Source: Mobula birostris (lineage: Eukaryota). From it: DNA of 64,000 nt. A program made the position numbers and the translations under genes. Shown one piece after another: positions 38,716 to 51,080 of this stretch. The stretch's first letter is position 1; each line of letters begins with the position of its first letter. The stretch is taken from assembly GCF_030028105.1 (NCBI RefSeq), contig NC_092371.1:215138031-215202030 (forward strand), in the 5' to 3' direction. Under the pieces are notes generated by a model. The model did no database searches and had not been told where the DNA came from. It worked only from the letters and a program-made list of their open reading frames with translations.

Positions 38716-40352
38716 GCATAGAGTGTATTGAAGTGAGGCAAAGAGGCAGCAACTTCGTGAACCCTACACAGATTACAGAGGAGGAGCTGTTTCACGTCTT
38801 GAGGCAAATTAGTGTGGATAAATTGCTAGGGCCTGACATGGTGTTCCCTCCGACACTGGGGGAGGCAAGAACAGTAATTGCCAGAACCCTAGCAGAGATA
38901 TTTAAATCATCCTTAGTGACAAGAGAGGTACCAGAGGATTGGATGAAAGCTCATGTTGTTCCACTGTTTAATAAAAGTTCTAAAGATAACCCAGGAAATT
39001 ATAGGCTGGTGAGCCTGACATCTGTAGTAGGAAATTTATTGGATGGGATCTAAGGGACTGGATATATAAGTATTTGGAGAGACATGGACTGATGAAGGGT
39101 GGTCAGTATGGCTTCGTGCGTGATAGGTCATGTCTAACCTATCATAGAGTTTTTCAAGGAAGTTACCAGGAAAGTTGATAAAGGCAAGGCAGTGGATGTT
39201 GACTACATGGACTTTTGCAAGACATTTGACAAGGCCCCATATGGGAAGTTGATCAAGAAGGTTCAGTCACTCAGCATTCAAGATGAGATGGTAAATTGGA
39301 TTAGACATCGGTTTTGTGAGAGAAGCCAGAAAGTAGTAGCAGAAGGCAGCTGGCTCTCTGATTGGAGGCCCGTGACTAGTGGTGTGCCTCAGAGATCAGT
39401 GCTGGGTTTGTTATTGATCGTCATCTATATCATCAATCTGGATTATAATGTGGTTAACTGGATCAGCAAATTTGCAGATGACACCAAGATTGGAGGTGTA
39501 GTGCAAAACTAACATGACTTGCAGCAGGATCTGAACCAGCTGGAAAAATAGGCTAAAAATGGCAGATGGAATTTAATGCAGAGAAATGTGAGATGTTGCA
39601 CCTTGGTAGGGCCAACTAGGATAGGCCTTATACATTAAATATGTAAGGCACTGAGGAGTGTGGTAGAACAAAGGGATCTGGGAATGCAGGTCCATAATTT
39701 ATTAAAAATGGGGTCAAAGATAGATAGGGTCATAAAGAAAGTTTTTGTCACATTGGCCTTCATAAATCAAAGTATTGAGTACAGGAGATGGGATGTTATG
39801 TTGAAGTTGTATAAGACATTGGTGAGGCCTAGTTTGGAGTATTGTGTGCAGTTTTGGTCACCTCCCTACAGGAAAGATGTAAATAAGGTTGACAGCATAC
39901 AGAGAAAATTTACCAGGATGTTGCCAGAACAGAAGGAAAGATTAAATAGTTTAGGACTTTATTCCTTGAAATGCTGAAGATTTAGAGGAGATTAGACAGA
40001 GGTATACAAAATTATGAGGGGTATAGATACAAGTAGGCTTTTCCCATTGAGGTTTGGTGGGACTACAACTAGTGGTCATGGGTTAAGGGTGAAAGGTGAA
40101 ACATTTAAGGAGAACATAGGGGAAACATCTTCACTCAGAGGGTCGTGAGAGTGTGCAATGAACTGCCAGCGCAAGTGGTGCATGGGAGCTCCATTTGAAC
40201 GCTTAAGAGAAGTTTGCATAGGTACGTTAATGGTACAGGTATGGAGGGCTATGATCCCAATGCAGGTCAATGGGAGTAGGCAGTTTAATTGGCTCAGCAC
40301 AGACTAGATGGGCTGAAGGGCCTGTTTCTGTGCTGTATTTTTCTATGACTCC
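38716..40352 (+). mobile_element. CR1 LINE (RT and 3' end) nested in R4
   Basis: PEDWMKAHVVPLF, GNYRLVSLTS, MDFCKTFDK, SGVPQRSVLG, KFADDTKIGG, LVRPSLEYCVQFWSP. Confidence 0.92.
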
Positions 40353-40585
40353 AAACAAGCAAGAACAATTTACTTAATAGATTCCAAACAAACGTAACAT
40401 ACAGATATAAATAAGTGGGAAAACAACAGACGTATTTTGAATTAAAAGATGAAATTGAAAGACTATGGAACATGACCATTGTCCCAATAGCAATGTCTAC
40501 GACTGGTATCACCTCCAGTCACTACACAATAGTATTAACCGATTAAGCCTACACAGCAATATTTACATAAATCTCCGGAAAGCCA

Positions 40586-40872
40586 TGAAGTTGAGAGTTA
40601 AAGGGCAAAAGTTTAAGGGTAACATGAGGGGGAACTTCTTTACTCGGAGAGTGGTAGCTGTGTGGAACGAGCTTCCAGCAGAAGTGGTGAGGCAGGTTCG
40701 ATGTTGTCATTTAAAGTTAAATTGGATAGATATATGGACAGGAAAGGAATGGAGGGTTATGGGCTGAGTGCAGATCGGTGGGACTAGGTGAGAGTAAGAG
40801 TTCGGCACGGACTAGAAGGGCCGAGATGGCTTGTTTCCGTGCTGTAATTGTTATATGTTATATGGTTATATG
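40586..40872 (+). mobile_element. CR1 3' fragment nested in R4
   Basis: RGNFFTRRVVAVWNELP; tail ttatatgttatatggttatatg. Confidence 0.85.
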
Positions 40873-41099
40873 ATAATAAACACGACTAGAATAGTTCCAA
40901 AGTTCCTAGCAATTGAGAAATGTGTATGCATGGCTATGCTCGGACCTCAGTTTTACCGGAGAAAAATATAACACTAATAATGTAATAAATATCCAGAACG
41001 TGAGATGAAGAGTTCTTGAATGTGGAACAGTTCAGAGATGGGGCGAGGGAAGTTATTGCCTCTGGTTCAAGAGGCTGATGATGTGGGTCTTGAGGTTTC

Positions 41100-42500
41100 T
41101 GTAAGTTCTTCCTGATGGAAGCAGCGAGAAGAGAGCATGGTTTTCCCAGCGCGGGTCCTTGATAATACCGCTTTCCGCGACAACTCTCTGTATAGATATG
41201 CTCGGACATTACTTCTTCGGTAAGCGAAAAGGGAATTGAAAAATATCGCCTGGATGGGCAACGGTTGATGGGAACATTACCTATCTACCGCGGCCGGACT
41301 TCAATGTCACATGGGTTTACGAAGGGTTAAATTTTACCGACAGCATGGGACCATGGTGAGTCCAGAAGGCAGTTCCCATTTAGCCGCTCACATGCGGTAT
41401 AACAACACCCCTTGGTTCAGAAAATTTGCTCCCGGCATCTCAGAGCGACGCTTTCTGTTTGTTGGAGGAGTAGAAGTAAATAAACCAAATGGCACGGAAG
41501 ACCCGAGGCTTGACTCCACCCGTGACGGCATCTCAGCAAAGTGTGTCTAGTCCAACTGAGAAGTCCGTTCAACCTGTGGCGTAGAGTGGACGGGAGTGAC
41601 AGACTGGAGTGGACGCAAGCTGAAGGAAGGTCGTACCTGCTGCCGAAACCACTGCCCCGAGGAAGCGGCGCACAATGCACGCCTTTCATGCGGCTGGTGT
41701 GACTGACCTGAGTTCCCCGCAGCGCTGATCACTCGCTCAAAGGCACCCTTATTCTTCGCCTGTATCCTCTCTGGTGCCGGGCCAGCGTGGTCGAAGGGCT
41801 GTATTACCGCTGATCATTTTCTGTGGAAACTAGACCAAAAAAAAAACAAGGTGTGTTGTGGCCATTTTCGATGGTTTCCGATTATTCTCGATGTCCAACT
41901 TAGTTAGACAGCCAGGAAAAAAACAAACTTGCACCTCTCAACCGGGTTGTAAAGGACGTCCCCTCATGTTACCTTCCGCAGAATCAGACGAAGCCGTTGC
42001 CATTTTCACGGATTGAGACTTAATGTAAATAGACTACAATTCAGGTAAATATCCAATAAAGTTGAACTTTTGTATAAAGATTCCGTTAAGTAAATTTGTT
42101 CTTTTCAAAGGAAAAGATTAAGGCAATCAGTGAGGTGTATCTGTACAATAAAGGTTGTCTATTTTTATTCGCCAATATTTAAAGTGAGGGGTACAGTCTT
42201 TCAGAAAATGAATGGAATCCAAACAGGAGCAAGTCAAATCTTTCCGAGGGTGACAGAATGATAATACCGTTTAACATCAGTAAGGGGACGGGATATCACT
42301 TGATCTTGCCATGATAAAATTAACTTTGTACTTAAGTGAGGTGAACTTTCTGAGATCGCTCGCCGGGATTTACAACTGTCGTTTATTATTACTGTTAGAT
42401 GGGATATTGCCAACAGCGAAAACCCCGAATCCCCTGTCCCTCACTTTTAAATTCAACCAAAGCGCCTGGCTCCCTTTTCAAATACACGGAACATCATGAA
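41100..42500. promoter_or_regulatory. Second CpG island / candidate promoter
   Basis: CpG-rich unique sequence. YY1-type GCCATTTT at 41861 and 41999. ACTACAATTC (ZNF143-associated-like) at about 42033. Splice donors on both strands. Confidence 0.6.
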
Positions 42501-42919
42501 GCGCTGGATTACGTCGGCACAAAGTCAATTAATTTGAAATTGACCTTAAAGACATAATAATTAGTAATTACTTCCGAACAATCTCGTTGGTACTGAAAAT
42601 TAGCAACAGCAATTGCAGATTCCTACTCTTTCAGGTTTCATTTATGATAAGTGACTTTAAATTAAAAAATTTTTTTATTTATTTTCCTTTTTTACTCCTA
42701 CTTGGACCTTTTGGCCTTTATTTCACTTTCTATTCCTCCTCTGAAATTAAGACGGTATTCTCACAGGCACTTCCTGCTTTTGACTGGTATTCAACAGGGA
42801 TTCCGAAGTTCATTCCGTAAAGTAGTACCCAGTGGTTTTGCCTTCTTGCCACAGATGTCCTGCAGAGGCTGCAGCATTGTGCAACTTGCATTGCAAAGCC
42901 TGGAAGTAAGTTTGTGGAT

Positions 42920-43708
42920 AATGGTAGATGGAGTTCAACCCAGATAAGTGTGAGGTGGTTCATTTTGGTAGGTCAAATATGATGGCAGAATATAGTTTTA
43001 ATGGTTAGACTCTTGGTAGTGCGGAGGATCAGAGGGATCTTGGGGTCCGAGTCCATAGGACGCTCAAAGCTGCTACGCAGATTGACTCTGTGGTTTAGAA
43101 GGCGTACGGTTCATTGGCCTTCATCAATCGTGGGATTGAGCTTAAGAGCCGAGAGGTAATGTTGCAGCTATGTCGGACCCTAGTTAGGCCCCACTTGGAG
43201 TACTGTGCTCAGTTCTGGTCGCCTCACTACAGGAAGGACGTGGAAACCATAGAAAGGGTGCAGAGGAGATCTACAAGGATGTTGCCTGGATTGGGGAGCA
43301 TGCCTTATGAAATTAGGTTGAGTGAACTCAGCTTTTTCTCCTTGGAGTGACAGAGGATGAGAGGTGACCTGATAGAGGTGTATAAGATGATGAGAGGCAT
43401 TGATCGTGTGGATAGTCAGAGGCTTTTTCCCAGGGCTGGAATGGCTAACACGAGAGGGCACAGTTTTAAGGTGCTTGGAAACAGGTACAGAGGAGATGTC
43501 AGTGGTAAGTTTTTTACTCAGAGAGCCGGGGACAATGGTGGAGATGGATACAATAGGGTCTTTTAAGAGACTCCTGGATGGCTACATGGAGCTCAGAAAA
43601 ATAGAGGGCTATGGGTAAAGCCTAGGTAGTTCTAAGGTAGGGACATGTTCGGCGCAGCTTTGTGGGCTGAAGGGCCTGTATTGTGCTGTACGTTTTCTAT
43701 GTTTCTAT
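42920..43708 (+). mobile_element. CR1 3' fragment
   Basis: MEFNPDKCEVVHFG, LVRPHLEYCAQFWSPHYRKD, MRGDLIEVYK; ttctatgtttctatg tail. Confidence 0.92.
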
Positions 43709-44479
43709 GTGAATGTACCCGGGCACTGGTCATTCTTAGTCCATAGTGGAATCCTGTGCCTTGGTCCTATTTATATATTTAATTATAGGGTCAAAATAGC
43801 AAAATCACATTTTTTTATGTTGCTTAGCATTCCATTAGTACTGGAAACAATGTGTGTGATAAGTGTAATCTACCAGTATATTATCACAGAACTGGGCTGG
43901 ACAAACACATGAGAGAAAGGAATACAGAAGTTTTGATGAAAGCATTAGAGAAGGACAGGGAGGTACACGCAGTAACTGAAATGCTCCCGAGCACATTGCC
44001 TTTGTAACTACGCAGCTGAAATTGGATGCAGCTAGAAAAAGTTTATGAAACATAAAAGATTTTCTTTGTTGCACTGTAATTCATTCCACCCTTCAATTAA
44101 TAAATAAAATCAAGTCTATGTGATTTTTAACTTTTCATTCTAAATATTAATAGTATGCAAATTACAAAAAAAATTCAAATTGCTACGCAGTTTTCAGGCT
44201 GTGTAATAAAAAAAATAATTCCTGCTCAGAGTAATGGTTGGTTTTTCTCCCATCTGTAAAAAATATATATAGAGGGGATATTAGAGAGGTGGTACCTAGG
44301 TATAAATGAATTGAGATGTATGATTTGTTTTTACACAGTATTTTCTATCAAATTCATGTTACCAAGAAATTGGGCAACTACTCACGGAAGAGAACTTTGC
44401 AGGGCCCCATGAAGGGGACAAGGTTACAGGGTTAATTGGATTGCTCATCCAACAGGAAACACAGGCACGATGAGCCTTT

Positions 44480-44755
44480 TGAAGATAAGACATAGGAGCA
44501 GAATTAAACCAATTGGCTTGTTAAGTCTCCTTCGTCTGATTTATTTTCCTTCTCAAGCTCATCTCCTGCCCTCTTCCTGTCACCTTTGATGCCTTTACTA
44601 ATCAGGAACCTATCCATCTCCGCTTTAAATATACCCGACAACTTGGCCTCCATGGCCATCTGTGGCAATGAATTCCACAGATTCACCACCCTCTGGCTAA
44701 AGAACTTCCTTCTTATCTCTGTTCTAAAGAGACATCCTTCTATTCTGAGGCTGAA
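44480..44755 (-). mobile_element. CR1 3' fragment
   Basis: FFSQRVVNLWNSLP. Confidence 0.85.
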
Positions 44756-44929
44756 GTAGGACAAGATCAGATCATTCAATGCCCCAAACCAGCAACAAGG
44801 TACTGACATGTTACTTTTATCTTAGCATCACTTTCCTGTACTAACACTATAACTAAACATTCTTTATATTCTGGGTGAAGAAGTCCCTGAGTGGCTGATG
44901 CTTTATTGTGTAATCGCCTCCCCTTTTTC

Positions 44930-45330
44930 TAGATATCCCAGCCAATAGGTGATCATGCCTGCCTTTTCAAATCCCGTAACAAATTTGTATATTTCATTGA
45001 GATTATTTCTCATTCTTCTATACTGTAGAGCGTACAGCCACAGATTATATAATCTCTCCTCATATAATTAATGTATTATCACAGGAATTAATCCAGTGAA
45101 TCTGTGCAGCATTCCCTCCATTACACATACGTTCTTGCTAAGTATCAAACACAGAACTGTACACAATATTGAAGGAGCAATCACCCTGGGCCCAATGAAT
45201 CTGTATTAAGACATCTTTATTCACGTCTTCAAATCTTCTTGAAATAAACGGCAATATACTATGTGCCTTCCTAATTGATTGTTATGCTTGCATATTAGCT
45301 TCAAGTGATGCAGATACAAGAGCGCCCAAG
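44930..45330 (-). mobile_element. Old CR1 fragment
   Basis: ctcattcttcta, cagaactgtacacaata, tgccttcctaattg remnants. Confidence 0.5.
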
Positions 45331-45764
45331 CCTTGATCTGTGCTATGGAGTTATACTATTCAGCGGTAAATAAGCTCTCGCCAATTTATGTGGAATTTTT
45401 CTCAAAGTAATATTCTAGAAGATTGATTCATTTAACATTGTCTTCAGAATAACAGAAGGTTTTAAAGTCAGTGAAGCTTTGAAGAACAGCTTTGCATAGT
45501 TTGTTTCTAAACCTATTTCTAGAACTAAAATCTGTTCCTGAACTCACATTGAGGCTTTAAATGTCCAATATTTATCTTTAGTGATAAGAAGCAAAGATTG
45601 CAAATGACTTTGCAGGGTATTTGGGATGGCTGACCATTTAAATTTGAGCAATTAAAATAAATATATTTAAACTAAAGAATGCTGATGACATATAGTGTAA
45701 GTAATTGGGAGTTTTAGAGGACAAGATATAATATTAAATTCTGCAAATACTAGAAATACTTGCT

Positions 45765-46040
45765 TTTGGACCCCGGCCATATTCTACCGAGATACAACAC
45801 TGGGCGTCACGGGAGGTTGTTCCTGCCTGTGGCCATCGAACTTTGCAGCTCCTCCCGTGGAGCGTCAGACATCCTGAGCCAGTAGGCTGGTCCTGGACTT
45901 ATTTCCATCTGGCATAGTTTGCACTTTGTTGTTTGATTGTTTGTGGTGTTTGTATTGCTATATTTACGCTCTATTCTTGGTTGGTGCGGCTGTAATGAAA
46001 CCCAATTTCCCTCAGGATCAATAAAGTATATCTATCTATC
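45765..46040 (+). mobile_element. Rex1-type LINE 3' tail
   Basis: ttcctgcctgtggccatcgaact...aatttccctcaggatcaataaagtatatctatctatct. Confidence 0.65.
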
Positions 46041-47569
46041 TAATGTAGAAAAGAATGCTGTGATATCTCAAGAAGAAAAGGAAAATGTCTTTTGTTTGTA
46101 ATTTATCATTAGAAATCTCGGTATTCCACAGAGTTGCTTTTGGGCAGCTGTTTGAACTGAGTTTAGGAGCAGAATTCTTTAAGAATAATTTGGAATTTGG
46201 GCTGTAAATGTGTTTTATTAATAAAACATTATTATTGTTAGTAATATTTATCAAATCTGCAATCTAAATGAAATGCAATCCTCTGTGTGAACATTCATTA
46301 AGTAATATCAAAATTTATGTGCTGATTTTTGCAGCAAATAAAAACGACTATGGATTTTGTCATATTCTCACAAAAACCCTATTTGCTCAATAACTTCCTT
46401 CAGGAGCATTAAAATTAGAAACTGGAGCTGGTTGCCCAGCCCTTCAGACCTGCTTCACCAGCCAATAAGCCCTTGGTGTATCGGAACACAAATAGTAACC
46501 TTAGTTTTGTATTTCTTTCTACCCCCTTGCTTATCAAAAATTAATCCACCCTGCCTTAAACATATTTAAAGAGACTGCTTCCGGTATCCTTTGAGATTGT
46601 GAGGTGCAAAGACTCATGGCCCTCCGAGCGAAAATAACAAAAATCTTCAACTGTTTGTGAAATGGAGAGCATTTTATTTTCAAATGGTGGCCTCGAGAAG
46701 AATTGCCCTTTCCATTTACACCCTATGAGTAACTGTCATATATGTTTTAATAACACTTGAGGAAGAAATCCTCCTTCATTTCTGGTATGATCTGTGTGAC
46801 ACCACAGAATCTCTTAACAATTTGTCTGTTAGTAAGTTTGAGGTGACTAGATGTGGACAATAAAAACCTCACACCAGTGTCACATGTGGCACAAATAAAC
46901 TCAATCTTTCATTGTTATAAATTTTTTCAAGCTGCAATTTACTTACCATTTGATCACACTTCTGACATGATATATTTTATTTCTCTTGGGCAGGTAGCTC
47001 AATAAAAAATACTGCAACTCACTGAAATACTGATTTGGCCTTTCAGATTAATGAGCAGCTGACAACAGTCGGTAAGCATAACATCTTAATAAGAACGTCA
47101 GTTTCATTAGGCCTCAGACCAAAACTGTGAGAGATAAAAGCAAATGCATTTTGTATTTTATGTGCAGCCATTTATCACCTCTCCATTTCATTAATAGCCG
47201 TGCTCAGGGTTTTGCTGAAAATGTCACAGTGGCCAAGTCCATTGCTAAGTGCATACTTACATTAGTTGCACTGGCATTTAATTTTTGTGTAAAGGAAAAT
47301 ATATTTTCTCATGGAGATGAGGGAACAAATTCAGAGTATGGGAAATCACAAATAATTGTAGAAAAGCTAGAGAATATGTCAGTGGCTAGAAGATAAACAC
47401 AATATTGAAGATCTGTTTATTGTGTAGACTGTGGTAAATCCATTTATAGCTTTTATCTCTTTTAGTTTCTTGACCACTCACCTGCAAACTAATTTTTTCA
47501 TTTTGGCTTGGCCTCCTAGACTGATTTATGTTGTGTTCCTTTTATTGAACTTTTTGGTGAGCACGCTCC

Positions 47570-48045
47570 ATTTTAATGTCTGAGGAAACATCTACTAGTT
47601 GGTTATATTATCTGTGGGCGGTTCACGGGGACGCACGTGGAGACGAACATCAAATGCTGTTGGTAGATCATCAACTCTTTTGCCTACCAAAGGTTGTTGA
47701 TCTGCCAGCGCATTCAGATGCCCACGGAGGAATGCTGCCAACTGGCATATTCCAGACTGCAGCCGTACCTGCTGCAGAATGCACTGTAGTCACCGCAAGG
47801 GCTCGGTGAGGAAGGACCACAGTGGAGATTTCTCCTCCCAGGGAGGAAGGGGTCTGGTTGGGGGAAAGAAGCCTCTCAATTATTTTAGTAGATAGTATAC
47901 TACCCCAGGGTCCCACATGAGTGGCAGCAGAGATATATATCAATGTAATAGAAGAGTACAGAAAGGAATGTAAAGAATGAAAAGGCATTGAATGGTTATT
48001 CTTGTAAATAATTTAAAAATTATGAATAAAGTTTATTTGTTTTAA
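47570..48045 (+). mobile_element. Tx1-like (L1 group) LINE 3' fragment
   Basis: Remnant CCW*IINS...LLICQ..QM..EECCQLAYSRLQ; tatgaataaagtttattt end. Confidence 0.6.
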
Positions 48046-48169
48046 AATAGGCAGTCTAACAACTTAATAAGCGTTAACTTTTTCAAACTTTGCTCTTAAA
48101 ACACCTTAATAGATTCAAGGTGAACGCCAAAATGAATGCCTCATATTTTGAAACGCATTGGTAATTGAT

Positions 48170-48685
48170 CATCGGTTTATTATTGTCAGATGTACTGAGT
48201 TAAAATGAAAAGCTTTGTTTGTGTACCATCCAGAGAGATTATTCTATACATAGGTGCATCGAGGCAGTACCTAAGGAAGACAAAATAGAGGACTGAATAT
48301 ATCGTTAAGAGTCCCAAAAAGGGTGCAAGTAGGCAAATAAAGTGCAAGGGCCAGGATGAAGCTGATTGAGAGATCACAGCCATTCCAGAGTCTTATAATA
48401 GCAGGCTAAACTGTCCCTGAGCCTGGTGGCACATGTGTTCAAGCTTTTGCATCCTCTGCCTGATTGGGTGTGTGTGGGTGTGTGTGGTGGGTGGTGAAGA
48501 GAGAATGACCAGGCTGTGAACGATCCTTGATAATGTTGGCCGCTTTCCTGAGGCAGCAGGAAATGTAGACAGAGTTAATAATGGGAAGGCTGATCTGCAT
48601 GATAAAATGGGCTGTGTTTACAACTCTGTCATTTCTTGCGGTCTTGCGCAGAACACTTGCCATACCAAGCTGTGGTGCATCTGGG
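48170..48685 (-). mobile_element. Rex1-type LINE 3' fragment
   Basis: RVVNTAHFIMQISLP..NSVY.SCCLRKAANIIKD.SQPGHSLF. Confidence 0.75.
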
Positions 48686-49054
48686 AGTTTTATTTTTTTC
48701 TCTGTTTATGAGCAAAGAATGACTTCATGAAAGTTTGGTTTAAACATATTCTTTGTTTTGACCTGATAAAATAATACAGAATATTCACAATATGGGTAGA
48801 ATGTTGTGGAATTCGATGCAGTTTCTATTAATTTCAGCTTTTCCTTTAGAAGTGAGGAAATTGTGAACCTAGCCATCTAATCTGGGAGATCACTACTAAT
48901 AGCAACTGCTGTTATCTGCAGATTCCCCTTCTCTGAGTTGTATGTTTTAAAAATTATAAAAGAGATTATACTTGGTTTGCATGATCCCATTGTGGGGCCT
49001 TGTCAACTTTCAGTTAAAGTATTAATCAATCTGATTTTTAAAGTACTTAAATGT

Positions 49055-49815
49055 TATGGGTATAAAAGTAGAGAGGTTGTACTTCCATTGTATTGGGCTA
49101 TGGTAAAACCACATTTAGAGTATTGAGCAGAGTATTGGTTTTCTTATTTAAGTAAGTATGCTAACATGTTGGAGGCATTTTAGAGAAGCTTTACTGAACC
49201 TGCATTTGGAATAAGTGGGTTATCTTAGCTGTAAGGATCGGTTAATGTCACTGAAGTGAAAACGTAAAATGTCGGAAACTCTCACCAGGCTCAGGAAGCA
49301 TCTGTGGAGGGAGACATATATGACGTTTATGTAGACGACTCTTCATCAGAACTCTTGTTTCCAAAATTTTCTGTTTTTATGTCAGATTTCCAGCACCTGC
49401 AATCTTTCTGACTTTCATTTACGATTGTATCTCTTTTGGAGTTTAGAAGAGTGAAAGGGGATTGGATTAAAATATAAAAGATTCTGAGAGGTTTCTTCAT
49501 GAATGTTTGAGAGAATGCTTTCCTATGTGGGGACCTAGAACTAAAGGTCACAGTTTTACAATAAATGGTTGCCCATTTTGATAGAGATGAGATTTTTTTT
49601 CCCTCTCAGATACTTGCAACTGTTTGGAATTTTCTTCTTAAAGTCTTCTAGCTCAATTAGATGAAATGTTGTTAAGTGAAGGAACGAAAGGTTACCGGGG
49701 TAGATTGGAATGAAGAGTAGATGTATTGTTAGATTAGCTTTGATCTTTGAATCCATTGTTGAACGGAGAGGCAGGCTTAAGAGGTTCAATGGCTTACTAC
49801 TTTCCTAATTTGTAT
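49055..49815 (+). mobile_element. Old CR1 fragment containing a PLE fold-back remnant (about 49260-49415)
   Basis: YKSREVVLPLYWAMVKPHLEY; aaatgtcggaaactctca... / ttttctgtttttatgtcagatttccagcacctgca. Confidence 0.6.
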
Positions 49816-49819
49816 GTTG

Positions 49820-51080
49820 GATAAGACCATAAGATATAGGAGCAGAATTAGGCCATTTGGCCCATCCAGTCTGCTCCACCATTTCATCATGGCTGACTCA
49901 TTTTTCTTCTCAGCCCCAATCTCCTACCTTCTCCCCATATCCCTTCATGCCCTTACCAATCAAGAATCAACCTCTGTCTTAGGTAAACATACAGACTCGG
50001 CCTCCACAGCTGCCTGGGGCAAAGAATTCCACAGATTCACCATTCTCCAGCTCATGAAATTCCACCACATCTCCGTTCTAAAAGGACACCCCTCTATTTT
50101 GAGACTGTGTCCTCTGGTCTTAGATTCTCCCACCATAGGAAACATCCACTCCACATTCAGTCTATCAAGGCCTTTCACCATTGACAGGTTTCAATGAGGT
50201 CACCCCTCATTCTTCTGCAATACAACCAATACAGGCCAAGAACCATCAAACACTCTTCATATGACAAGACGTTCAAACCTGGAATCATTTTCATGAACCT
50301 CCTTTGAACCCTCAACAGTATCAGCACATCCTTTCTAAGATAAATGGCACAAAGCTGCTCACAGTACTCTGAGTGTGGCCTCACCAGTGTTTTATGAAGT
50401 CTCAACATTACACCCTTGCTTTTTATTCTATCCTCTTGAGATTTATGCCAACATTGCATTTACTGCCTTCACCACAGATTCAACCTGCAAAATAACCTTC
50501 AGGGAATCCTGCACAAGGACTCCCAGTCCCTTTGTGCCTCAGTTTTTTGTAATTTGTCTCCATTTAGAAAATAGTCAACCTTTTCATTTCTTCTACCAAT
50601 CTGCATGATCATACACATCCTGACACTATATTCCACCTGCCATTTCTTTGCCCATTCTCCTAATATGTCTGTCCATCTTTAGCCTCTCTACTTCCTCAAA
50701 ACTACCTGCCCCTCCAACTATCTTCATATTGTCTGCAAACTTTGCAATAAAGCCATCAATTCCATCATCCAAATCATTGACATATAATGTAAAAGGAATC
50801 GGTCCCAACACAGACCCCTATGGAAAACCACTAGTCACCAGCGGCCAACCAGAAAAGGCTCCCTTTATTCCCACACTTTGCCTCCTGCCAATCAGCCACT
50901 GCTTTATCCATGCCAGAATATTTCCTGTAATACCATGGACCTCATGTGTGGCATCTTGTCAAAGGCCTTCTGAAAATCCAAATACACAACATCAACTGAT
51001 TCTCCTTTGTCTATCCTGCTTATTATTTCTTCAAAGAATTCCAACAGGTTTGTCAGGCAAGATTTTCCATTGAGGAAACC
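49820..51080 (-). mobile_element. CR1 LINE (RT and 3' end)
   Basis: SVLGPIPFTLYVNDLDDGIDGFIAKFADNMKI, LVRPHSEYCEQ, VNLWNSLP. Confidence 0.9.

Larger units (their letters stand above)
37656..40981 (+). mobile_element. R4/Dong-clade (RLE) non-LTR retrotransposon, 5'-truncated, split by two CR1 inserts
   Basis: Remnant motifs MNFGLDKCK, YKYLG, NTFAIPILTYTFGIVSWS, KGRHP, LFPETEGFLVAIQDQV, KCRKC, YLHRHNQMANIIHQ, YKYKPDPVLE, IILQ.KQARTIYLID, IVPIAMSTTG, NTTRIV.KFL. Flanking repeat gtaataaatat at 37645-37655 and 40982-40992. Confidence 0.8.
37225..41170 (-). mobile_element. Rex1-type LINE 3' end hosting nested PLE, R4 and CR1 inserts
   Basis: Tail aaatttattatcaaagtacat at about 37236 continues after 40982 with ggttcaagaggctgatg...tcttcctgatggaagcagcgagaagagagcatgg. 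Confidence 0.6.
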
